NCBI GenBank assembly: GCA_046582655.1
Contig: JAYGDX010000255.1
Coordinates: 1-58,844 of the forward strand
DNA: 58,844 nucleotides
Direction: 5' to 3'
DNA from: Candidatus Poribacteria bacterium
GTDB lineage: Bacteria > Poribacteria > WGA-4E > UBA9662
This document shows, in pieces, positions 29,726 through 38,574 of this stretch. Each line of letters opens with the position of its first letter. Position 1 is the stretch's first letter. The notes below the pieces were generated by a model. It saw nothing but the letters and a program-made list of their open reading frames with translations. It searched no databases and had not been told where the DNA came from. The position numbers were made by a program, and so were the translations under genes.

Positions 29726-30892
29726 ATGAATCATATTTACTTGGATCATAACGCCACAACACCACTTTGTCCGCAGGTCCTAGAAGCCATGATGCCATAC
29801 TTAACAGACCAGTTTGGCAATGGATCAAGTATCCATTTCTATGGTCGCCAGGTTCGGAGCGCGGTTGACAAAGCACGTGAGCAGGTTGCGGATCTAATTG
29901 GGGCTAAAAGCCCAGGTGAAATTGTCTTCACCAGTGGAGGAACTGAGTCAGACAATTATTCTGTTAAAGGTGTTGCACTACATCAGAAAAATTCGTGTGG
30001 CAATCATATCATTACAACTTCAATCGAGCACAGTGCTGTGCTGCATACTTGCGAACATCTGGAAAAGCATGGATTTGAAGTTACTTACTTACCAGTCGAC
30101 CGGCATGGGCTAATTTCGCTCGATCAGCTCCGAGAAACAATCCGAAACGATACTATACTGATTTCTATTATATATGTCAATAACGAAATCGGGACAATTC
30201 AGTCTATGGCTGAGATTTGTGGTATCGCTCAGGATCATGGCGTTCCTGTTCATACAGACGCGGTGCAGGCAATCGGTAAAATTTCAGTTGATGTAGAAGA
30301 TCTCGGTGTTAATCTGCTTTCACTTTCTGCACATAAATTTTATGGGCCAAAGGGTGTTGGTGCCAACTATGTACGTCGACGGACTCGGTTGGCTAATTTC
30401 GTTCATGGAGGTGCGCAAGAACGGAATCGTCGTGCTGGTACTGAAAACGTTGCCGCCATAGTTGGAATGGGTGAAGCGGTGGAGATCGCCAAGCGAGATC
30501 TTCAAGAAAATAGTGATAGAATCGTCAAACTCACCAATCGGTTGAGAAACGGGCTGAGGGAAAAGATCGAAAACATTTACGAAAACGGTCATTCAGAGCA
30601 CAAAGATCCGGGCACACTAAGTATCTCATTTGAATCGGTAAGTGGAGAGATGTTGCTGATGCGGCTTGATATGGAAGGCATTTGTGCTTCGAGTGGTTCT
30701 GCCTGTGCGTCGGGCTCAGTGGAGCCATCACACGTCTTGGCACAACTAGGCATTCCGCCAGAGGTAGCGCAAAGTACCGTTAGATTCTCAATGGGCAGTA
30801 CCAATACAGAAGAACAGATTGATGAGACCATTGAAAAAGTCACCGAGATTGTCGCTCAGATACGATCGGTTCAGAATTCTTCATGGGTTTGA
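29726..30892 (+). CDS. iscS: Cysteine desulfurase, IscS/NifS group I
   Basis: YLDHNATT, FTSGGTE, HTDAVQ, SAHK (PLP lysine), SSGSAC. Confidence 0.93.
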   Translation: MNHIYLDHNATTPLCPQVLEAMMPYLTDQFGNGSSIHFYGRQVRSAVDKAREQVADLIGAKSPGEIVFTSGGTESDNYSVKGVALHQKNSCGNHIITTSIEHSAVLHTCEHLEKHGFEVTYLPVDRHGLISLDQLRETIRNDTILISIIYVNNEIGTIQSMAEICGIAQDHGVPVHTDAVQAIGKISVDVEDLGVNLLSLSAHKFYGPKGVGANYVRRRTRLANFVHGGAQERNRRAGTENVAAIVGMGEAVEIAKRDLQENSDRIVKLTNRLRNGLREKIENIYENGHSEHKDPGTLSISFESVSGEMLLMRLDMEGICASSGSACASGSVEPSHVLAQLGIPPEVAQSTVRFSMGSTNTEEQIDETIEKVTEIVAQIRSVQNSSWV

Positions 30893-30910
30893 TAAACGAC
30901 ATTTAGTTAG

Positions 30911-31867
30911 ATGGATTACCGAATTGAGATAGATCAAGCTGACACACGGCTAGATCAATTCATTACGTCAGTATTTGAATCAATTTCAAGATCTCAGGCA
31001 CAGAAGTTGATTAGTGAAAATCAAGTTACTGTCAACGGGAAATCCTGTAAGTCTGCCTATAAACTTCAGGTTAGTGATTGGGTTTGCGTAGACATTTCAG
31101 ACACATTTGACAGCTCACGTATTCAACCGGAATGTATTGAGTTTGGTGTTCTTCATGAAGATGCGGAGATTCTCGTCGTTGATAAACCGGCCAACTTGAT
31201 TGCGCATCCAGCGCCTGGGGTGAGCTCAGGAACGCTCGTTAACGGCCTCTTGAAACGTTATGGAAATCGGGTACATGCTATTGAGCGGAATGGTATTGTC
31301 CACCGACTTGATAAGAATACTACTGGTGTTATGGTAGTTGCTAAAACAGCTAACTCTGCTCAGCATTTGTCTAACCAATTTAAAGCGCACACGACAAACC
31401 GGAAATATATTGCCTTGGTCTGCGGAACACCAAAACATCAGAGTGCAACCATAGATACCCGAATTCATCGAAGTCGTCGAGACTGGCGTAAGATGATGGT
31501 TACTGAGGATAGCGGACGTCGGGCCATAACTCATTATCGCGTTCTGGAAATCTTTGATCGGTTTTCCCTGGTAGATCTCACACTCGATACTGGCAGGACA
31601 CATCAGATTCGTCTACATCTCAGTCATATTGGATATCCTATTGTTGGTGATCCCGTTTATGGTGGTGGGGACAAACGAGCACTTAATGATGCTTCTAATT
31701 CATTAGTGAAGCAATCATTCCTTAATCTAGGACGCCAAGCACTTCATGCCCAAAGCCTGGAGTTTGAACATCCTTTAACTCGGAAGCGCGTTGCCTATTA
31801 TTCACCACTTCCCGCAGATATTCAATTTGTAATTGCAACTTTGTTAAATCCATCCGATTTCGCTTGA
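30911..31867 (+). CDS. rluD: RluA-family 23S rRNA pseudouridine synthase
   Basis: N-terminal S4 domain, VDKP, HRLDKNTTG, TGRTHQIR, GDPVYG, QALHA. Confidence 0.9.
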   Translation: MDYRIEIDQADTRLDQFITSVFESISRSQAQKLISENQVTVNGKSCKSAYKLQVSDWVCVDISDTFDSSRIQPECIEFGVLHEDAEILVVDKPANLIAHPAPGVSSGTLVNGLLKRYGNRVHAIERNGIVHRLDKNTTGVMVVAKTANSAQHLSNQFKAHTTNRKYIALVCGTPKHQSATIDTRIHRSRRDWRKMMVTEDSGRRAITHYRVLEIFDRFSLVDLTLDTGRTHQIRLHLSHIGYPIVGDPVYGGGDKRALNDASNSLVKQSFLNLGRQALHAQSLEFEHPLTRKRVAYYSPLPADIQFVIATLLNPSDFA

Positions 31868-31930
31868 ACCCTGATGTGTTTTTTGATATAGTACCCCAGG
31901 TTTTGATGGGTAGAAGCGGAGATATAACGA

Positions 31931-33217
31931 ATGAAATTTGAGAAGTTCGGCATTATATTCTGTATTTTAACTTTGGTTCTGGGATGTGGCGTTTCTAACT
32001 ATGATCGCGGTGTAAATTTTTTGGGAAAAGAAGAATTTGATACAGCAATTCCATATTTTGAAGCGGCAATCAATAGCGGTGTCAATACTGCGGAAGCCCA
32101 TCGTGAACTGGGCATAACTTACTATAAAAAAGAGATGGCACAGCAAGCCGCAAATCACTTGCGGATCGCTGTGAAAAATAGTAGGAAGGATAGCCGTGCA
32201 GCATTTTTTCTGGCTGCTGCTCTTGAGAAGAATGGAAGTTTTGATGAGGCGGTAGACGCATACCGAGAGTTTATAAAGCTGAATAGTTCCGACGCAATTG
32301 ACCACGATGTCAAATCGCGCATCGTTTTGGTCAAAGACCAGAGGGATAATCAGTTTGTACAGGAAGCTATTGCAGGGGAGCTTGAAGCAAATTCAGGCAA
32401 GATTTCGGACAATCGAATTGTTGCCCACTATATTGAGGTGATACCGGGAAGTGAAGATCCTGTCGCCCTTCAGAAGTCACTGACCAGTTTGCTGATATCC
32501 GATCTGGCCAAAGTCGATCAAATTGATGTTGTCAGGCGTAGTCTGCTACAGAAGTTGATCAACGTGATAGATCTGGATCAGGATGCCGTTTTTAATACTA
32601 AAAATATTAACCGGATAGGTCGTCTACTCCGCGCAAAGAATGTTATTTCCGGTAAAATTGAAGAGGCCAGTGATGGAAGGCTTCGCTTAAATCTTTTTCT
32701 CAACAAAATTAAGTCAAACGAAGTGCAACCGATAAGCACACCGGAAGGCGAACAGAACGACCTGTTCGATCTCCAGAAAGCTTTGGTGTTTAGTATTCTC
32801 GAATCACTTGATATTCGACCAGTGGGTACACTCAAAAAGGCGTTGCTAAAGAGGGAAACTGAGAGTATGTCTGCGCTGATATTATTTGGGCAAGGGATAG
32901 ACAGCGCAGATCGTGGTGATTATGCAGCTGCTGTAAAGCTGTTACGGGATGCTTTAAGTGAGGATCCAGATTTTGAGTTGGCTAAAAAGGTCTTGAATGA
33001 TGCTGAAGCACATGAAATTGCCAGAAGTCAAGATTTGTCAATCATCGAAACTAAAGTTGTGCGGCGGATTGAATCACAGTCGGCTATCCACGACCGTTTT
33101 AGTCGAATGGATCGCGCGTTAACGCGCGAATTCGCACCGCCAACTGCAGCCGATGCAACGCTTGAAGGTGATGCCCCGCCACCTAAAACGCCCATCACCA
33201 TTATAGTAAAACAGTAA
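31931..33217 (+). CDS. TPR lipoprotein with CsgG/TolB-N-like domain
   Basis: Lipobox VLGC; N-terminal TPRs; LISDLAKVDQIDVVRR...IGRLLRA..VISG is CsgG/FlgO-like; further TPR near ALSEDPDF. Confidence 0.7.
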   Translation: MKFEKFGIIFCILTLVLGCGVSNYDRGVNFLGKEEFDTAIPYFEAAINSGVNTAEAHRELGITYYKKEMAQQAANHLRIAVKNSRKDSRAAFFLAAALEKNGSFDEAVDAYREFIKLNSSDAIDHDVKSRIVLVKDQRDNQFVQEAIAGELEANSGKISDNRIVAHYIEVIPGSEDPVALQKSLTSLLISDLAKVDQIDVVRRSLLQKLINVIDLDQDAVFNTKNINRIGRLLRAKNVISGKIEEASDGRLRLNLFLNKIKSNEVQPISTPEGEQNDLFDLQKALVFSILESLDIRPVGTLKKALLKRETESMSALILFGQGIDSADRGDYAAAVKLLRDALSEDPDFELAKKVLNDAEAHEIARSQDLSIIETKVVRRIESQSAIHDRFSRMDRALTREFAPPTAADATLEGDAPPPKTPITIIVKQ

Positions 33218-33229
33218 ATTTAGGGAAGT

Positions 33230-34429
33230 TTGATGAAACTTTTTCGATATGGTCTTTTCAGTTCATTAATATGCTTTCTATTAAGCGGTCACCTCCAAGT
33301 TCTTGCGGATGCCGTTCAGCCAACAGCCACAACAGATCGAGCGTTCTTAATATATTCAATTCCACACCTTCAGAACTGGAGTATTACCAACAAAATTGAC
33401 AAGACTCAAACGCGTTTAACGCAAATTTCTATTCCTTGGACTGCTCAGCTATGGTTGTCCAACCGAACTCGGATGGTGTTAACGCAATCAAGCGCGATTT
33501 CGGAATTTAATTTAGATAAACTAGGAGATCAGGATAAATCTGAACTTACTCTTCAAGGTATGGGAGACATCCGGCTAAAAATCAAACATCAATTGCTTGA
33601 TAGTTTAATGGTGATCGCTGGCACTAACTTCCCGACAGGTAAAACTGGTATAGATCCAGAGACTGATGAAGAAGAGGTTTTAAAACATCTGTTTAATGAT
33701 GCTCTTGATTTCCAAACTGGGCGTCTTGGTGAAGGTTGGGCCTTTGATATTGGAACTGCCTATGCACGTCAATTAGCTGGTATTACTTTTGGGATTGGGG
33801 CAAATTACCTGTATAAAAATACGTATTTGCGGCAGTTGTTGAATGACCCGAGAAGAAAAGTGAACTATAATCCTGGTACAGACATTAGTTTTACCAGCGG
33901 TTTCAGTGCCGGATCGGTTCTCCAATTCCACTCAGATTTCACCTATATTATTCATACGAGACAGACAATTCGCGGTACTGGAGTTTTTGACGAAGAGAAG
34001 AACTATTTTGAACAAGGACCGGATCTGCTCGTTGACGGTGGGATTACATACAAGCGGCAACGTCTGCAGCTAGATATTTTTGGACAACTGCTAGATCGGG
34101 AAGATAGCAGCCGTCCCGATGTGAGTAAGAATAACAGGCTTGAAATTGTTGATGTAAACCAAAACAACCGGAGAAGATATGTACTTCGAATTATGTACCA
34201 AACTGGTGGGAGCAGCACAATTTCTGCGACAGTCGAGGATAAGCTTCTTGAGGATCAAAATCAGGAACGGGTTGCCAGTATTCTGAGTTATTATTTAGAC
34301 TCTCATTTTCAACTTGCAAATCCTATTGGCTTGACATTTGGCCTGAAAATATCCAACGGAAAAATGAATGAAGGACAAACGCGACTTTCGGGTTATGGAT
34401 GTTATGCTGCTTTGACCACTGGATTCTAA
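33230..34429 (+). CDS. Putative outer-membrane beta-barrel protein
   Basis: Signal peptide; alternating beta-strand pattern; GMGDIRL and NFPTG motifs seen in phenol_MetA_deg-like barrels; C-terminal Phe. Confidence 0.6.
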   Translation: MMKLFRYGLFSSLICFLLSGHLQVLADAVQPTATTDRAFLIYSIPHLQNWSITNKIDKTQTRLTQISIPWTAQLWLSNRTRMVLTQSSAISEFNLDKLGDQDKSELTLQGMGDIRLKIKHQLLDSLMVIAGTNFPTGKTGIDPETDEEEVLKHLFNDALDFQTGRLGEGWAFDIGTAYARQLAGITFGIGANYLYKNTYLRQLLNDPRRKVNYNPGTDISFTSGFSAGSVLQFHSDFTYIIHTRQTIRGTGVFDEEKNYFEQGPDLLVDGGITYKRQRLQLDIFGQLLDREDSSRPDVSKNNRLEIVDVNQNNRRRYVLRIMYQTGGSSTISATVEDKLLEDQNQERVASILSYYLDSHFQLANPIGLTFGLKISNGKMNEGQTRLSGYGCYAALTTGF

Positions 34430-34439
34430 AATTAGACAA

Positions 34440-35220
34440 TGGTAGGACTCAAGCATATTTAAGGTAGATCAATGATCTTTGGGTTTCGATCTTTTTGCAG
34501 CCGACGGACGCGCGATCGAAGTCTTGAAGTTGGTTAGATGGAATCAAGACGAAGGTCCTGATTTCCTTGACGCAGAGCTTTCAATTGGCGTGAATTTGGT
34601 AAATGGTAACGTTGGAGATTTGTGTTAAGTCCTCTTAGTGATGTGAACACAAAAATCATCTAAATCCCAAAAGCAATTCTGTTGTTTTGCACACTGCCTC
34701 AGAATGCGTCTTCATGATGGCAGGCTCATTCCTACTCTCGAATTTCCACACCGAATAGGCGATTCCCATCGGGGATTTGTTGGATTATCAGCACGCTAAA
34801 GGTTCAATTGGAGATAATTGTCTGGTTGCTGGAAACTGTTTGATACCTGAACAACTCAGTTTTATTTTTGATAGTCTTGGTTAGGAACGACTCATTCAAA
34901 AGATGGAATCGATACGAAATTTATCCAAGGGAATGAGTTATGATCAATTGATCTATGAAGGAATTATGGAAGAATTGGGATACGCTAATAACCGCCGCTG
35001 TTTCGCGAATTAGCGCAGCGCGCACCGTTTAACACACTTGGTGGCAAGGAACTTCTTGAGATTGAGGCTATCCTCTTTGGTATCTCAGGATCTATACCTC
35101 CTCACTCAATCACTGTAAAAAATTGAGTTTGTCGATGCGGATTCGACGGTATATCAACCAGCTGGAATCATTCTAACCTTCCAACGCGCCGAGTCACCGG
35201 GGTATCAGTGGACTTATTGG
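34440..35220 (+). pseudogene. Degraded DUF2851-like gene
   Basis: My translation of fragments gives DGRAIEVL...WNQDEGPDFLDAEL...GNV, ERLIQK...DQLIYEGIMEELGYANN, LAQRAP and NLPTRR, in the order expected for DUF2851. Interrupted by stops and frameshifts. Confidence 0.6.
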
Positions 35221-35261
35221 ATCCAAAAGCTTAATCTTTTATTAAGAAGAGCGAAACAAAA

Positions 35262-35380
35262 GTGCTGCCCAAAGCACCCTACAGTAGACGAGGGGAAACC
35301 TCCTAGATCGGCGGCTAACACCGAATTCTGAAGGTTAGTAGGACATATATCACACCAGTTTTGGTAAGCCGCCGTCTCAA
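35262..35380. other. Structured non-coding element (several hairpins; ncRNA or non-autonomous mobile element)
   Basis: GTGCT/AGCAC (35262-35277), GAGG-GGAAA-CCTC (35290-35302), and CGGCGGCT (35309-35316) pairing with AGCCGCCG (35367-35374). Confidence 0.45.
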
Positions 35381-35401
35381 TCAACTGTTTGTACTGATCT
35401 T

Positions 35402-36805
35402 CTACTCAACGGTACAGGGCACAATAATCGAATCCACCATACCATGTAGTATCTTTTTGTCGTCGGGACAGACTGTTGCTTGAATACCAGCAAGCCGAAC
35501 TTCGTTCTGTGCAACGAAATAATAGGGTCGTAGTAAAGCTCGACCTTTCATCTGTCGAATATCGCGGTGGTCAAAGTCATAATATGGCATCATGATTCGC
35601 TTGGATTTGTGGAATTCCTGTAAAATGTGCGGGGTTTCTCCGAAACTGCTTAGAGCGTGTTCAACAGTCTTTTCCCAATCTTCGGTTGCCATGTCGTGTC
35701 CGATTGCCACTCCTTTGCTACCCCAGGCAAGTGAAGAAAATCCTGATGGTTTGATCACTAGTTCGCGTTGTTTTTGCGTAACTGCAATCAATTGTCGGAA
35801 ATTGGTAATAGGGTTGTCACCTAGGCTTAGGCCAGGGATAATTGCGTGCGGCGGTAATTCACGAGGATCGATAATCCAGGTTTTTGGGATGATTTCCGAT
35901 AGCAGGTGGTGGGTATCTTTTCCTAATTCGCGTTGCCAAAATGATAGGAGTGTCGGATGGTGAAATAGGGCAAACAAGAGTTTCTCTTCCAAATACGCTT
36001 TTGGGGGCGGTGTCATAATAACATTTCGCTTCTTCGCTGCATACAAAATCAGTTCCGATTTTGGAATATTTTTCAGATCAAAAAGTTCGAAAAACCGATA
36101 GACAACGTCGATCTGAATGTTCCCCTTATCCTGATTCAGAAAAAGCCCAGTTTCAGTAAAGATAATATCACTTGGATGAACGGTTCGAGCATATAATCCA
36201 AGGTGATTTAGTTCGGAAGCTAACCAACACATCTCTTTGCGGTAATCCTCGGATTCATCTGATACAACGATAGCCAGAACTGGTTGATCTTGTTTCGATA
36301 GTGAACGAACCATTTCAGCGAACCCAACCGCTATGCCATTTGATCCCCCCACAATTTTACAACCGAGTTCTGAATACTGAAGACTCAAGCCGCCTGTAAA
36401 ACCCATGCCTCCTGGAATCGAATCAAGTTCACTAATTACCATACCGTTTTCAGTTGGTAAGATATCAGGGCGAATTACCTGTGGTAATTGACTTTTGAAC
36501 CGACGCATCCGTCCAAATTCAATAACTGTTTCCGATTTTCCTTTATCCAGGTAGTCTGAACTCCATTTAGGCTGAATTCCTCTGGTACTTTGTGAATAAA
36601 GTAAATTGCATACTTTATAAAATTTCAGTAAATGCGAACCTAGATTTTCCAACCAGGCAAGATCTTCTGCGGATATGGGGAAGGGGGCAGGTGAGATCCG
36701 CCATGGAACATTGCTGTCGGGATGTACCTCACGCTGCTTTTCAGTATAGAGACCTCCGTCAGGAATATTTTCGTTAATTCGTAAACATCTATCTTGAAGG
36801 CTCAC
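35402..36805 (-). CDS. Uncharacterised ATP-grasp-like amide ligase (glutathionylspermidine synthase / circularly permuted ATP-grasp-like)
   Basis: VIRPD..ISELDSIPGGMG, VVYRFFE, LEEK, IPKTW, LVIKPSG...WGSKGV, ILQEF. Confidence 0.6.
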   Translation of the reverse strand: MSLQDRCLRINENIPDGGLYTEKQREVHPDSNVPWRISPAPFPISAEDLAWLENLGSHLLKFYKVCNLLYSQSTRGIQPKWSSDYLDKGKSETVIEFGRMRRFKSQLPQVIRPDILPTENGMVISELDSIPGGMGFTGGLSLQYSELGCKIVGGSNGIAVGFAEMVRSLSKQDQPVLAIVVSDESEDYRKEMCWLASELNHLGLYARTVHPSDIIFTETGLFLNQDKGNIQIDVVYRFFELFDLKNIPKSELILYAAKKRNVIMTPPPKAYLEEKLLFALFHHPTLLSFWQRELGKDTHHLLSEIIPKTWIIDPRELPPHAIIPGLSLGDNPITNFRQLIAVTQKQRELVIKPSGFSSLAWGSKGVAIGHDMATEDWEKTVEHALSSFGETPHILQEFHKSKRIMMPYYDFDHRDIRQMKGRALLRPYYFVAQNEVRLAGIQATVCPDDKKILHGMVDSIIVPCTVE

Positions 36806-36826
36806 CGAAATTCCTTATTTGTTGGC

Positions 36827-38407
36827 TTATAATTTGATTTGCTTAGCGAAGGTGACATTATCAAGTTCGGAAATTTCTCGCATAACTTTAGTTGAAACAC
36901 TACCCTCTACATTAATTAACATAAGTGCCAGCGAACCGGTTTGTCTTCTTCCACATGTCATATCGGCAATGTTGATTTGGTGCTTTCCTAAAATTGTACC
37001 GATTCGGCCAATCATTCCTGGTATGTCTAGATTATAAATCAGAATGATATGTCCTTCTAGCTTAGCATTGAGATAAAGATCGTCAACTCTCGCAATTCGT
37101 ATGTCGTCTTCTCCAAATGATGTCCCTTCGACAAACCGTTCCTTCTTATCTGTTACAATCGTAACAGCAATTGAATTTGAGAAGTTATCATCCATCAATT
37201 TTTTGGTCTCACTGATTTGGATTCCACGCTGACGAATAAAAAACGATGCGTTAACGTAATTTATATTTGTGTCAAGAACCGGTTTAAGAAGACCTACCTG
37301 ACAGGCGACACTGAGTAAATTCACGTCTCCTTTAAAAATATTGCCACTATATTGTATTCGGATTTCTGAGATTTGGCCCTCAACAAGCTGCGCCTGAAAG
37401 CTCCCGATTCGTTCCGCCAGTAGGAGGTAAGTCCTCAACTTATCAAACTGATCCATTCTCGGTTGATTGACAGCACCATCGATAGGTAGTCCGTGTAATG
37501 TGTCAATTACCTTTTGGGAAACTTCTCTAGAGACATACTCCTGTGCCTCAGTTGTGGATGCACCGAGATGCGGTGTGGCAATAAAATTGTCAAGTTCCAC
37601 CAAAGTTAAGTTTTTTGGAGGTTCTTCCTCAAAAACGTCAAGTGCCGCCCCCGAAATTTGCTCGTTTTTTAATGCTTCAAAAAGTGCGACTTCATCTACT
37701 AGTCCACCCCGTGCGCAATTGATCAAGCGACAACAGGGTTTCATCATGCTAAATTCACGATAGCTAATACTATGGTATGTTTCATTTGTGAGTGGTAGGT
37801 GTAATGAAATATAGTCCGCTTGTTGGATCAGTTTATCTCGGCTGACAAGCTGAATACCTAGTTTTTCAGCAGCATTTGATGAAATGTAGGGATCAAAGGC
37901 GATGATTTCCATTCCAAATGTTTGAATACGTTTGACAACCTCTGTGCCAATTCGGCCTAAACCAATTACGCCAAAAATCTTGTGGTAAAGTTCGTTACCC
38001 ACGAATCGGCTACGATCCCACTCTCCACTTCTCAAAGATATACTGGCTGGAAGAATGCACCGCGAAAGTGACAACATCAAAGTGATAGTGTGTTCGGCTG
38101 CAGCAACTGTATTTCCGCTTGGAGTATTGAAAACGAGTATACCTTTTTCGGTAGCAGTGTTAACATCAACATTGTCAACTCCAACCCCTGCGCGACCGAT
38201 GACCTTTAGTCGATCAGTTGCTGCCAGAACTTCAGTTGTGACTTGTGTCGTGCTTCGGATAATCAGCGCATCATAATTACCAATATGATGAATTAATTCA
38301 TCTTGAGTGAGATTAGCTTTGACATCTATTTCTAAATCCTCTTGCTTGGTAAGAAGGTCCAAGCCTGATGGGGATAACGAATCGCTAATCAACACTTTCA
38401 TAATCAA
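36827..38407 (-). CDS. serA: D-3-phosphoglycerate dehydrogenase
   Basis: GRAGVGVDNVD, GLGRIG, NCARGG, DVFEEEP, TPHLGAST, C-terminal ACT domain DIPGMIG. Confidence 0.96.
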   Translation of the reverse strand: MIMKVLISDSLSPSGLDLLTKQEDLEIDVKANLTQDELIHHIGNYDALIIRSTTQVTTEVLAATDRLKVIGRAGVGVDNVDVNTATEKGILVFNTPSGNTVAAAEHTITLMLSLSRCILPASISLRSGEWDRSRFVGNELYHKIFGVIGLGRIGTEVVKRIQTFGMEIIAFDPYISSNAAEKLGIQLVSRDKLIQQADYISLHLPLTNETYHSISYREFSMMKPCCRLINCARGGLVDEVALFEALKNEQISGAALDVFEEEPPKNLTLVELDNFIATPHLGASTTEAQEYVSREVSQKVIDTLHGLPIDGAVNQPRMDQFDKLRTYLLLAERIGSFQAQLVEGQISEIRIQYSGNIFKGDVNLLSVACQVGLLKPVLDTNINYVNASFFIRQRGIQISETKKLMDDNFSNSIAVTIVTDKKERFVEGTSFGEDDIRIARVDDLYLNAKLEGHIILIYNLDIPGMIGRIGTILGKHQINIADMTCGRRQTGSLALMLINVEGSVSTKVMREISELDNVTFAKQIKL

Positions 38408-38434
38408 TCTCCAAACTTGAATAAAACGTGGGAA

Positions 38435-38463
38435 AATATAACACTGTGCTGTTCGCTTGTCAA
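38435..38463 (-). promoter_or_regulatory. Putative sigma70 promoter for serA
   Basis: Minus strand TTGACA-N17-TATATT with an extended -10 TG. Confidence 0.7.
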
Positions 38464-38574
38464 CTGAAACGATCCCATACAGGCAGCTGAAATTTCAGTT
38501 GCAAATGGTCGCCGGGGTATGATAGCATTCGGGCGTTGACAGACAAACGTTAAAGTGAATTAAAAGGCTAAAGA

